DNA of 43,255 bases, taken from the NCBI GenBank assembly GCA_937863465.1, contig CALMFG010000188.1, forward strand, positions 1 through 43,255, given 5' to 3'. Below, one piece after another: positions 19,129 to 30,204 of the stretch (the first letter of the stretch is position 1; each line of letters opens with the position of its first letter). The notes beneath the pieces are model-generated. The model was not told the origin of the DNA. It saw only the letters and a program-made list of their open reading frames with translations, and did no database searches. The stretch is from an uncultured Clostridia bacterium (GTDB lineage Bacteria; Bacillota; Clostridia; Christensenellales; CALMFG01). Both the position numbers and the translations under genes were made by a program.

Positions 19129-19997
19129 AGAACATGGGAGATATAAGGCATTCGATGCGGGCGATCAGCGATACCGAGCAGATCACCAAAGCGATGCACC
19201 TGATATCGACTTCAAAAATGAAGCGCGCAGTTTCAAACTACGAAAAGAACCGATACCATTTCGACCACGTACAGGCGGGCTTAAAGGATATTCTGGCGCA
19301 TTCGTCCGACCTTTCCCACCCATATGTCAAACACAGCGAGGGCGGTTCGGCGGCGTTTGTGGTCATCGCGGGGGATAAGGGCCTTTGCGGCGGGTATAAC
19401 CACAATGTGCTGAACTTTGCGCTGGCCGAAATGAAAAAGAACAAACAGCAGTATATCCTGACGGTCGGTCAGGAAGCGCGCGCGTTCTTTGAACGCAAAG
19501 GGTATATGATCGACGTTGAATTTCTGCATATCGCGCAGAATCCGTCGCTGGCCAACGCCCGAAACATCACGAACGATATTTTGGAGCTTTACGATTCGGG
19601 GGTTATGGATGAAGTGTACGTGGTGTACACCAAGTTCTATTCCCCGTTAAGGCAGGAGCCGCACATTATTCAGCTTTTGCCCGTGGAGGAATCCAACTTT
19701 GAGGACATCGAAACCGAGTACACATATTCCGCGGACTTAAGCTTTCACCCTTCGGTCAAGGAGGTTTTTGATCGGATGGTACCGCAGTATATTATCGGTC
19801 TGATGTACGGCTGTCTGGTTCAGGCCTATGCGTCCGAGCACAGCGCGCGGATGACCGCGATGGAAAACGCCACACAAAACGCGGACGAGATGCTGGCCAA
19901 GCTCTCACTGGAGTATAACCGGGCGCGTCAGTTTAACATCACCACCGAGATTTCCGAAATCATCGGCGCGATGGAAGCATTAAGCGACAGCTTTTAA
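19125..19997 (+). CDS. atpG: ATP synthase F1 gamma
   Basis: QITKAM, DKGLCGGYN, ARMTAMENAT and YNRARQ..IT.EISEI motifs. Confidence 0.96.
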   Translation: MKNMGDIRHSMRAISDTEQITKAMHLISTSKMKRAVSNYEKNRYHFDHVQAGLKDILAHSSDLSHPYVKHSEGGSAAFVVIAGDKGLCGGYNHNVLNFALAEMKKNKQQYILTVGQEARAFFERKGYMIDVEFLHIAQNPSLANARNITNDILELYDSGVMDEVYVVYTKFYSPLRQEPHIIQLLPVEESNFEDIETEYTYSADLSFHPSVKEVFDRMVPQYIIGLMYGCLVQAYASEHSARMTAMENATQNADEMLAKLSLEYNRARQFNITTEISEIIGAMEALSDSF

Positions 19998-21493
<1,496 letters not shown>

Positions 21494-21494
<1 letters not shown>

Positions 21495-21913
21495 TGGCGA
21501 ATACCTATCATTTGGAGATTATCACACCCGAAAAAGTGTTTTTCCAGGATGAGGTGATTTCCTGCATATTCCCGTCCGAAGACGGGTTCATGAGCATTCA
21601 GAGAAACCATGAAGCTCTGGTGGCGGCGGTGGTTATCGGCCCCGTCAAGATTCATCTAAAAGACGGCACCTGGGTGGAGTGCGCCACAACCGAGGGCTTT
21701 TTAGAGGTGCGCCCGGACGAGACCATGATGTTTGCCCAGACGGTGGAATGGCCGGATGAGATTGACATGAACCGTGCTCAGGAAGCCGCCGAGCGGGCCA
21801 AGGAGCGGCTGCGGCAGAAACAGAGCTGGAACGAATACCAGCAAAGTCACATTGCGCTGGCACGCGCGATGGTGCGCCTGAAGGTGGGCCGCAAGAACCG
21901 AAATATCGAATAA
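21494..21913 (+). CDS. atpC: ATP synthase F1 epsilon
   Basis: LEIITPE start, IDMNRAQEAAERA helix, ALARAMVRL; last gene of the operon. Confidence 0.93.
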
Positions 21914-21920
21914 TAAAACG

Positions 21921-21950
21921 ACCGGCGAAAATCCGCCGGTTTTTTTATTT
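21921..21950 (+). terminator. Intrinsic terminator of the atp operon
   Basis: ACCGGCG-AAAATC-CGCCGGT followed by TTTTTTATTT. Confidence 0.88.
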
Positions 21951-22063
21951 GCGGTAAGTTTTGGAAATAAAAACGCCTGTGTTTCCTTTTTAAAGTGTTT
22001 TATTTGGCTAACATCGGTGGTAGAATAGGAATAACGATTAAGAGGAATGGACGTAAAATCAGC

Positions 22064-22621
22064 ATGGGCAGGATTTTTTACATTACGGGCGGCGCCTACA
22101 GCGGCAAATCAGCATTCGCGGAGAATATCACATCCAAATTTGAACGACTGGGGATTATGGTCATCGGCAGAAAATCGATGGCTAAAAAAGAGGAGCCCGA
22201 GGAAAACGAAACGGAACAGCAGACAAACGGGGTGAACTGGGAACGGATTGAGGTTTCCGGCCACTTTGATAATGTCCTGATAGAGAAGGATTTTGATCTG
22301 TTTATACTGGACAGCCTGACCGCGCTGGTGAAACACCGCATCATGGACGCTTATTCGGGCACCAATGCGCCGAACGCCGAGAAAAAAAGGGAGATCAGCG
22401 AAACGGTGAGCCGCGAGGTGATGAATATGGTAGTGGCCGCCAAGGACAACGACCGCAACCTGCTGGTTATTACCAGTGAAGTCGGGATGGGCACTTTGCC
22501 CGAAGACGACATTGCGCGGTTTTTCCGTGCCGAGACCGGCCGGGCCAACCAACTGATGGCGTCTTTGGCCGATGAAGCGTATTTGCTGGTTTCGGGAATA
22601 CCGATTAAAATTAAGGGCTAA
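22064..22621 (+). CDS. cobU: CobU/CobP-like protein (adenosylcobinamide kinase family), degenerate
   Basis: ITGGAYSGKS P-loop, SEVGMG and GRANQ...ADEAYLLVSGIP; YIAT motif and catalytic His segment absent. Confidence 0.75.
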   Translation: MGRIFYITGGAYSGKSAFAENITSKFERLGIMVIGRKSMAKKEEPEENETEQQTNGVNWERIEVSGHFDNVLIEKDFDLFILDSLTALVKHRIMDAYSGTNAPNAEKKREISETVSREVMNMVVAAKDNDRNLLVITSEVGMGTLPEDDIARFFRAETGRANQLMASLADEAYLLVSGIPIKIKG

Positions 22622-22639
22622 ATTGAAGGAATTTTATAT

Positions 22640-23071
22640 ATGTTAATCAAACAGATTTCAATTTTTACGCAGAATATCAAAGGCGATCTCGCGCACATCA
22701 CGCGTACGCTGGGGGATGCGGGCATCGATCTCATCTCGCTCTCTATTGCGGACACCTCCACGTTCGGGGTGATTCGCGGCATTGTGGAGGACAGCGATCG
22801 TGCGCTGAAAGTGCTGAAAGAAGCGGGATTCACGGCCAAGACCACTGAGGTGATTGCCGTGGAAGTGCCGGATACGCCGGGCGGACTTGCCGGTGTGCTG
22901 GAGCGATTAAACGATGCCGGGCTGTTTGTGGAGTACCTGTATTCCTTTGTGCGGAGCAAGGGACAAAACGCGCTCATCGTCTTTCGCGTGGAGCAGCTGG
23001 ATTTGGCGATTGACGTTTTACAGAAACACGGCATTAAAGTTTTAACCAAAGAGGAAGTTTACAGCATTTGA
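22640..23071 (+). CDS. Tandem ACT-domain protein
   Basis: KQISIF...SIADT..FG.IR and VPDTPGGL...EYLYSF pattern. Confidence 0.88.
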   Translation: MLIKQISIFTQNIKGDLAHITRTLGDAGIDLISLSIADTSTFGVIRGIVEDSDRALKVLKEAGFTAKTTEVIAVEVPDTPGGLAGVLERLNDAGLFVEYLYSFVRSKGQNALIVFRVEQLDLAIDVLQKHGIKVLTKEEVYSI

Positions 23072-24207
23072 TGGATTTTGAACTGGACGAAAAAAGGACG
23101 AGCGTGGTCGTGGATCTGGCCGCCCTTTCCCATAATTTACGAGAATTAAAGAAAAATCTGCCGGAGAGCGCCAAACTGGCGGCGGTGGTGAAGGCCAACG
23201 CCTATGGCCACGGCGCGGTGGAAGTCAGCCGCACGGCCGTGGAAAGCGGCGCTGACCTTTTGTGCTTTGCCACGGTGGGCGAAGCGCGCGAAGTCATTCA
23301 GGCAGGCGAAAAAGCGCCGATGCTGGTGATGGGCGCGCCCATGAGCGACAGCCTCACCGATATCGTGGATTACGGCATACGGCAGTGCGTTTTTCTGCCT
23401 CTGCACGTTTTGGCGCTGCAAAAAATTGCCGAGGAGAAAAACACCGAGGCGCTGGTGCACGTGAAGATAGACACCGGCATGAACAGGCTTGGCGTGAAAA
23501 CCGAAGCCGAGTTTGAAGCGCTGCTGGCCACACTGATTCGATGTGACCGCGTCACCTTCGAAGGCATGTTTACGCACTTTGCGGTCAGCGACGAAACGGA
23601 CAAAGCGTTCAGCCGCGCGCAGGCCGAGCTTTTTGAGCGATTCTACCAAATGGCACTGGAAAAAGGATTTTCACCCATCCGGCACGCCTGCAACTCGGGC
23701 GCGATCATCGATATGCCCGAATATGCGTATGATTTTGTCCGCGCGGGGATTGCGATGTACGGATGCTATCCTTCCAACGAGGTTTTCAAGGAACGGGTGA
23801 ACTTAAAACCCGTGATGAGCATTTATTCGCATATCGCGCATATCAAAACCGTTCTGACCGGCGAGAGCATCAGCTATGGGAGAACATTCATCGCCGAAGA
23901 ATCCATGCGGGTGGCCACGGTGCCCATCGGCTACGGAGACGGATTCAACCGCCTGTTGTCCAACCGCGGCGAGATGCTGGTGCACGGCAAACGCGCGAGG
24001 ATACTGGGACGGGTCTGTATGGATATGACCATGATTGACGTCACTGACATTGACGAAGCCAAGATTGGCGACGTGGTGACCGTGATGGGAGAAGACGGCG
24101 GCGAACGCATTTCAGCCGACGATATGGCGGATATTTGCGGCACTATCTCATATGAAATTCTATTGTCATTTACGCCGAGACTGCCGCGGGTCTATATCCA
24201 TGGATAA
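23071..24207 (+). CDS. alr: Alanine racemase
   Basis: VKANAYGHG, KIDTGMNRLG, GYGDG and GRVCMD motifs; start TTG 23068 or ATG 23071. Confidence 0.96.
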   Translation: MDFELDEKRTSVVVDLAALSHNLRELKKNLPESAKLAAVVKANAYGHGAVEVSRTAVESGADLLCFATVGEAREVIQAGEKAPMLVMGAPMSDSLTDIVDYGIRQCVFLPLHVLALQKIAEEKNTEALVHVKIDTGMNRLGVKTEAEFEALLATLIRCDRVTFEGMFTHFAVSDETDKAFSRAQAELFERFYQMALEKGFSPIRHACNSGAIIDMPEYAYDFVRAGIAMYGCYPSNEVFKERVNLKPVMSIYSHIAHIKTVLTGESISYGRTFIAEESMRVATVPIGYGDGFNRLLSNRGEMLVHGKRARILGRVCMDMTMIDVTDIDEAKIGDVVTVMGEDGGERISADDMADICGTISYEILLSFTPRLPRVYIHG

Positions 24208-24757
24208 AGAAAATTTGCGGAAATCCCTGCTGAAAATCCGGCGGGCCATGAGCGCGGCCGAAGCGGAAGCAAAGTCGAAAGCCATTTTTGAAAACCTAAA
24301 AAAACAGGCGGCGTACCAGAGCGCCAGGGCAGTGCTGGTGTATGCCGATTTTGACGGCGAAGTGCAGACCGGACGCATTATTGCCGACTTAGAACAACGG
24401 GGTGTGAACGTATACCTGCCGCTCATCCTCAGCGACACCGAGTTTGTGCCCTGCAGGATGACCAAAAACGTGCAGAAGAATCGCTACGGCATTGACGAAC
24501 CTGTACCTTGCGAGACCGCACCCAAAGCCAGCGGCAAGATTGACCTGGCCATTTGCCCGGGTGTGGGGTTCGACCGCTTGGGGAATCGGCTGGGCTACGG
24601 CAAAGGATATTACGACCGCTATTTAAGCGGTGAAACGTGCTATAAAATCGGGCTGGCGTATGAGGCGCAGATCGTCGCAGCTCTGGAAGACGGGCCGGAT
24701 GATGTTGCCATGAACTGCGTCATCACGGAAAAGGCGGTGTATGGCGCATGCGGGTAA
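24200..24757 (+). CDS. 5-formyltetrahydrofolate cyclo-ligase
   Basis: MDKENLRK start, YGIDEP and PGVGFD..GNRLGYGKGYYDR motifs. Confidence 0.93.
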   Translation: MDKENLRKSLLKIRRAMSAAEAEAKSKAIFENLKKQAAYQSARAVLVYADFDGEVQTGRIIADLEQRGVNVYLPLILSDTEFVPCRMTKNVQKNRYGIDEPVPCETAPKASGKIDLAICPGVGFDRLGNRLGYGKGYYDRYLSGETCYKIGLAYEAQIVAALEDGPDDVAMNCVITEKAVYGACG

Positions 24758-25293
24758 TCAGCGGGAAATATCGGGGCAGAAAGCTGGCCGCGCCCGAAGG
24801 ACTGCACACCCGTCCGACCATCGACCGCGTGAAGGAAGCGCTGTTCGGTTCGCTCCAGTTTCGACTGAAAGAAGCGCAAGTACTGGATTTGTTTGCGGGT
24901 TCGGGGGCGCTGGGCATTGAGGCCCTAAGCCGCGGCGCCAAAACGTGTGTGTTTGTGGAAAACGACCGCGCGGCCTTAAAGACGCTGGAAGCGAATCTGA
25001 CTTTTGTGGAGGCCGGAGCGACGGTGATTTCGGCCGATTATCTGTCGGCGCTGAATCGGCTGAGCGGGCAAGTGTTTGACATCATCCTGATGGACCCGCC
25101 GTACGAAGCCGGATACTACGAACCGGCTATGGCATATATCGCGGAAAGCGGAACTTTGGCCGATGACGGTGTTTTGATTTTAGAGATTAAGACCGGCATG
25201 GAAAGCGGCGGCGAGAAGTATTTTTCGCTGACCAAGCAGAAGGTTTACGGCGCCGTGACGCTGGAGATTTACGAAAGAGGGGGAAACCAATGA
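24748..25293 (+). CDS. rsmD: 16S rRNA m2G966 methyltransferase
   Basis: MRVISG...RPT.DRVKEALF, LDLFAGSGALG and DPPY motifs. Confidence 0.95.
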   Translation: MRVISGKYRGRKLAAPEGLHTRPTIDRVKEALFGSLQFRLKEAQVLDLFAGSGALGIEALSRGAKTCVFVENDRAALKTLEANLTFVEAGATVISADYLSALNRLSGQVFDIILMDPPYEAGYYEPAMAYIAESGTLADDGVLILEIKTGMESGGEKYFSLTKQKVYGAVTLEIYERGGNQ

Positions 25294-25760
25294 GCGTTTG
25301 TATCTATCCCGGGTCGTTCGACCCGATCACCCTGGGACACCTCGATATCATCACGCGCGGCAGCCAGATGTTCGATCAGGTCATCGTCTGTGTGATGGTG
25401 AACACCCAGAAGAGCCCGGCGTTTCCGCTGGAAAAGCGGCTGGAGATGATTAAAGCGTCGGTCAAGCACCTCGGCAATGTGTCGGTGGACAGCCACGCAG
25501 GGCTTTTGGTGGACTATGCCAAAAAGCAGAACGCCGGGATTATCCTGCGCGGCCTTCGTGCGGTATCCGATTTTGAAAACGAGTTTGCCATGGCGGCCAT
25601 GAACCGCCAGCTGGCGGGCGACGTGGAGACGGTGTTCCTCATGACGCGCACCGAGTACTCGTTCCTTTCGTCCAGCGTGGTGCGGGAGATTATCCGCTTT
25701 GGCGGCGACGTATCCGAACTGGTTCCCAAAGCGATTTTAAGCGATGTGAAAGAACTTTAA
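25290..25760 (+). CDS. coaD: Phosphopantetheine adenylyltransferase
   Basis: YPGSFDPITLGH, RGLRAVSDF and SSSVVRE motifs. Confidence 0.97.
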   Translation: MSVCIYPGSFDPITLGHLDIITRGSQMFDQVIVCVMVNTQKSPAFPLEKRLEMIKASVKHLGNVSVDSHAGLLVDYAKKQNAGIILRGLRAVSDFENEFAMAAMNRQLAGDVETVFLMTRTEYSFLSSSVVREIIRFGGDVSELVPKAILSDVKEL

Positions 25761-25799
25761 GAAATAAGAGACTTTTGACTGTCAATCAGGGGGATTTTT

Positions 25800-28700
25800 G
25801 TGACAGGCGTTGATATAGAAAAATCAAAATTCAATCGGTTGGTGGCCGAGTGCTTCGAGCCTGCCGCACTCGCGGCGGTCAATATTCGGGAGATTTTCCT
25901 GCACAAAGCCAGCAACACCTACTATGTTATTTTCAATACCGAAAAAGTGTTCACCATGGCCGAAGAAGCGGCAATTGACCGCAAAAAGCATTCGGTCTTT
26001 TCGGGTATGCCCAAAGTGAAGTTTTTCTTCGATTATTCGGACCTCATTACCAAGGATCGCGCGATGATTGACCGAATCTTTGACCACGTCTATAACGAAT
26101 TTGTCTCATTCCGCCCGTATCTAAAGACCAGCCATGCCTATACCGACATGGGACGGTACCATATGGATTTTAAAACCGAGGCGGGCAAGCAGATGCTCTC
26201 GGATTTGGGCGTGGATTTGCGTATCAAAGAGCTCTTGTCTTTAACGTTCAGGAAGAACTACGCGCTGGCAGTGGGCATCGACCGCACACTGGAAGGGCGG
26301 GATGTTTCGGGCGTCAGCGTGCTGGAGCCCATGATGGAGACCGAAAAACCCAAAGCCCAAGAGACGCCGCAAGCCCCAAAAGCCGAAGCTAAGCGAAAAA
26401 CAGAAAAACCGCCATCCGGCAAGGTGCTGTTCGGCAAGGCCATCGCGCGAAAGCCGATGAAGATTTCCGATATCAACGATGAATCGGGCACGGTGGTGAT
26501 TGAAGGCGACGTGGTGGACTTTGACAGCCGTTCCTGTAAAAACGAGAGCGAGCTTATCTTGGTGCACGTCACCGATTACACCAACACCATCCTCTGCAAG
26601 ATGTTCATCAAAAAGGCGCAGTTCGAAAAGATTAAAGCCAGCATCAAAGGCGCGCATATCAAACTCAGCGGGAAAGTCTCGTATGACAAATTCAGCAAAG
26701 AACTGGTGGTCAACCCCATCGAGAATATCGTGACCCTGCCCACCGAAGCGCCCAAGGACACCGCCGAGAAAAAGCGCATCGAACTGCATCTGCACACTGT
26801 GATGAGTCAGGAGGATTCGACCATCCAGATTGCCGATGCCGTCAAGCGCGCCAAAGCGTTTGGGCACAAAGCACTGGCCATCACCGACCACGGCGTGGTG
26901 CAGGCCTACCCGACGGCGCAGAACGAAGCCAAACGGGCGGGCATCGATATCATCTACGGCATGGAAGCCTATATGACGCTGGACCGGGCCGACGCCTACA
27001 AAGGCGTGCGGGATATTCCGCTGTCGGGCGAATTCGTTGTGGCGGACATTGAAACCACGGGATTTTCGCCGGTGGCCGAACGCATCATCGAAATCGGTGC
27101 GGTGAAGGTGAAAGACGGCAAGCTGGGTGAAACGTTCTCGATGTTTGTTGATCCGGGAAAACCGATTCCGCTGGAGATTACGCGGCTGACCGGCATATCG
27201 CCGGAAATGGTGCTGGGCGCCTCCGGGCAGGAAGCGGCGATTAAAGCGTTTAAGGCCTTTGCGGGGGCTGCCTGCATCGTGGCGCATAACGCCGATTTTG
27301 ACCTGTCGTTTTTCCGTTCCACTGGGGCGCGGTATGGCGTATACTTCACCGAAAACCCGGTGCTGGATACGCTGGGGCTTTCGCGCTGTCTGCTCTCGCA
27401 GAATAAAAACCATAAGCTGGACACGGTCGTTCGGCATTTTGACATTCCACTAAATCATCATCGCGCCCTGAACGACGCCACGGCCACGGCCGAGGTGCTG
27501 ATTCGCTTTTTTGATATGATGAAAGCTATGAATATCTTAAGTACGGCGCAAATCAACAGCGGCCTTGCCAGCCTGAAAGGCAAACAGAACAACAAGGTGT
27601 ACCACACCATTCTGCTCTGCAAAAACAAGACCGGCTTAAAAAACCTCTATCAGATGGTTTCCCATTCGCATATCGAGGGGTTCTATCGCACGCCGCGCAT
27701 CACCAAGGCACTGCTGGAAGAACATCGTGAGGGGCTCCTCATCGGTTCAGCATGCGAAAAAGGCGAAGTGTTCCAAGCGGTGCTGCAGGGCATCTCGGAC
27801 GCCGGTCTGGACGAAATCGCCAAATTCTACGATTACTTTGAGATTCAGCCGGACGGCAACAACGGATTCCTCATCCGCGAAGGCAGCGTGAAGGACGCCG
27901 AAGCACAGCATGCCATGAACCGGCGCATCATCGAACTCGGCAAACGGCACGGCAAGCTGACTGTGGCCACCACCGACGCACATTTCTTAGAGGAACGGGA
28001 CGCGGTGTTCCGCGAGATTCTGATGCGCGCTAAAAAGTTTCAGGATGCCGAGTTGCAGCCGCCGCTGTTTTTCCGTTCCACCGACGAAATGCTGAAAGAA
28101 TTTGAATATCTCGGCAAGGAAACGGCTGAGGAAGTGGTCGTCACCAACACGCACAAAATCTATGCGCAGATTGAGAAATTCCCGCTGTTCCCCAGCGAGC
28201 CCGCTATGCCCAAGATTGAGGACGCCGACGAAAAGCTGAAAACACTGGCTTACGACACCGCGCACGCCATGTATGGCGAAACGCTGCCTGACATTGTCGA
28301 AAAGCGGCTGGACCGCGAGATGAAACCCATCATCGGGCATGGTTTTTCGGTGCTGTATTACATCGCCCATATGCTGATTAAGGACTCGTACGACAACGGC
28401 TATGTGGTGGGTTCCCGGGGCTCTGTCGGGTCGTCCTTTGCGGCCACCGTCACCGGCGTCACCGAGGTCAACCCCCTGCCGCCGCATTACCGCTGCGGAC
28501 ATTGCCGGTACTCGGATTTTGATGTGGACAGAACGCTGTATAAATGCGGCGTGGATCTGCCGCCCAAGACCTGCCCGAAATGCGGCGAAGCGATGATTGC
28601 CGATGGGTTCGATATTCCGTTCGAAACGTTTTTGGGACTCAACGCGGATAAGGTGCCGGATATCGACCTCAATTTCTCGGGCGAATATCAGCCAAAAGCG

Positions 28701-30095
28701 CATAAATGGACGATTAACTTTTTCGGCGCATCCCACGTATTCCGCGCCGGAACCATATCGACCATATCCGACAAGACCGCATTCGGCTACGTGAAGAACT
28801 ATGCCGAAGAGACGGGGAAGCACATCTCAAACGCCGAGATTACGCGGCTGGCCAAAGGCATTGTGGGCGTTAAGCGCACCACGGGACAGCATCCGGGCGG
28901 ACTGGTTGTTGTGCCCAAAGATCAGGATATTCACGATTACACGCCGGTGCAAAAACCGGCCAACGATATGGAGAGTGATTCGGTCACCACGCATTTCGAC
29001 TTCGATTCGATGCACGATACGCTGGTCAAACTGGATATTCTGGGTCACGACGACCCGACCATGCTGCGTCTCTTGACCGACATCAGCGGCGTGGACGCCA
29101 AGAGTGTGCCCCTAAACGACGCCGAAACCATGACGCTGTTCTCGTCATTGGAAGCGCTGAAGCTTTCGCCCGAAAAGATGCTGGGCAGCGAGGTCGGCAC
29201 ATTCGGCATCCCTGAATTCGGCACCAAGTTTGTGCGCGGAATACTGCAGATGACCAAGCCCACCACCATGGCCGAATTGGTGCGCATCTCCGGCCTGTCG
29301 CACGGCACCAACGTATGGCAGGGCAACGCCGAACTTCTGATTAAAGAGGGTAAAGTCACCTTAAGCGACGTCATCGCCACACGCGACGACATCTACAACA
29401 CACTTCTGGAATACGGCGTGGAAGGCAAGCTGGCTTTCTTCACCATGGAGAATGTCCGAAAAGGACGGGGATTGACGGACGAGATGGAGACCGCCATGCG
29501 CGAAAAGAGTGTACCCGAATGGTTCATCGATTCCTGTAAAAAGATATCCTACATGTTCCCCAAAGCCCACGCGGTGGCTTACGTGACCATGGCGCTCCGC
29601 ATCGCCTATTTTAAGGTACATCATCCGCAGGCCTACTACGCCGCTTACTTCACGGTGCGGGCGGATAACTTCGATGCGAGCTATGTGACCGGCAACGGCG
29701 ACGTCATCCGCGCACATATCGCCGCCATCGAGAAAAAGCAGAACGAAGGGAAGGCCTCCAACAACGAGATCAACATGATCACCTATCTGGAAGTGGCTTT
29801 GGAGATGTACGAGCGGGGCATCGGCTTTTTGCCGGTGGACCTAAGTAAGTCCCACGCGAAAACGTATACGATTGAAGGCCAATACATTCGTCTGCCTTTC
29901 TCGGCATTGCCGGGCATCGGCGGGAACGCGGCCGATAATCTGTACGAGCAGGCCAGGATTTCGCCCTTTATTTCCAAAGAGGACATCAAAAACCGCGCCA
30001 AGGCGAGCAGCACCGTGCTGGCCGCTCTGGAGGAGTTTGGATGCCTTTCCGGCATCTCGTCCGAAAATCAGGTCAGTTTTTTTGACATGGCATAA
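25800..30095 (+). CDS. polC: DNA polymerase III PolC-type
   Basis: OB fold, PHP (HLHT, TDHG) with inserted exonuclease (DIETTG, HNADFD, HHRA), GSRGSVGSS, PDIDLNF and YMFPKAHA. Confidence 0.97.
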   Translation: MTGVDIEKSKFNRLVAECFEPAALAAVNIREIFLHKASNTYYVIFNTEKVFTMAEEAAIDRKKHSVFSGMPKVKFFFDYSDLITKDRAMIDRIFDHVYNEFVSFRPYLKTSHAYTDMGRYHMDFKTEAGKQMLSDLGVDLRIKELLSLTFRKNYALAVGIDRTLEGRDVSGVSVLEPMMETEKPKAQETPQAPKAEAKRKTEKPPSGKVLFGKAIARKPMKISDINDESGTVVIEGDVVDFDSRSCKNESELILVHVTDYTNTILCKMFIKKAQFEKIKASIKGAHIKLSGKVSYDKFSKELVVNPIENIVTLPTEAPKDTAEKKRIELHLHTVMSQEDSTIQIADAVKRAKAFGHKALAITDHGVVQAYPTAQNEAKRAGIDIIYGMEAYMTLDRADAYKGVRDIPLSGEFVVADIETTGFSPVAERIIEIGAVKVKDGKLGETFSMFVDPGKPIPLEITRLTGISPEMVLGASGQEAAIKAFKAFAGAACIVAHNADFDLSFFRSTGARYGVYFTENPVLDTLGLSRCLLSQNKNHKLDTVVRHFDIPLNHHRALNDATATAEVLIRFFDMMKAMNILSTAQINSGLASLKGKQNNKVYHTILLCKNKTGLKNLYQMVSHSHIEGFYRTPRITKALLEEHREGLLIGSACEKGEVFQAVLQGISDAGLDEIAKFYDYFEIQPDGNNGFLIREGSVKDAEAQHAMNRRIIELGKRHGKLTVATTDAHFLEERDAVFREILMRAKKFQDAELQPPLFFRSTDEMLKEFEYLGKETAEEVVVTNTHKIYAQIEKFPLFPSEPAMPKIEDADEKLKTLAYDTAHAMYGETLPDIVEKRLDREMKPIIGHGFSVLYYIAHMLIKDSYDNGYVVGSRGSVGSSFAATVTGVTEVNPLPPHYRCGHCRYSDFDVDRTLYKCGVDLPPKTCPKCGEAMIADGFDIPFETFLGLNADKVPDIDLNFSGEYQPKAHKWTINFFGASHVFRAGTISTISDKTAFGYVKNYAEETGKHISNAEITRLAKGIVGVKRTTGQHPGGLVVVPKDQDIHDYTPVQKPANDMESDSVTTHFDFDSMHDTLVKLDILGHDDPTMLRLLTDISGVDAKSVPLNDAETMTLFSSLEALKLSPEKMLGSEVGTFGIPEFGTKFVRGILQMTKPTTMAELVRISGLSHGTNVWQGNAELLIKEGKVTLSDVIATRDDIYNTLLEYGVEGKLAFFTMENVRKGRGLTDEMETAMREKSVPEWFIDSCKKISYMFPKAHAVAYVTMALRIAYFKVHHPQAYYAAYFTVRADNFDASYVTGNGDVIRAHIAAIEKKQNEGKASNNEINMITYLEVALEMYERGIGFLPVDLSKSHAKTYTIEGQYIRLPFSALPGIGGNAADNLYEQARISPFISKEDIKNRAKASSTVLAALEEFGCLSGISSENQVSFFDMA

Positions 30096-30110
30096 ACTTG
30101 GATAATTTCA

Positions 30111-30139
30111 TGGACATTCGATGGAAATTCGTATATACT
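30111..30139 (+). promoter_or_regulatory. Putative sigma-A promoter for secD-secF
   Basis: TGGACA-17 bp-TATACT. Confidence 0.65.
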
Positions 30140-30204
30140 GTTAAATTGACAAATGAATAGGACGGGGGAAGCAACGCCCTTGTTTTTTAGGAGGCAGTTT
30201 TTTT

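Noticed and set aside
26330-26420. Lys/Pro/Glu-rich stretch in PolC as a possible insertion or intein
   Set aside because: It is the variable linker before the OB domain; in frame, with no intein motifs or flanking repeats.
26241-27437. Long antisense ORFs (also 4555-5520, 17803-18813, 27987-28823, 39378-40139)
   Set aside because: Shadows of GC3-rich sense genes with no recognisable motifs.
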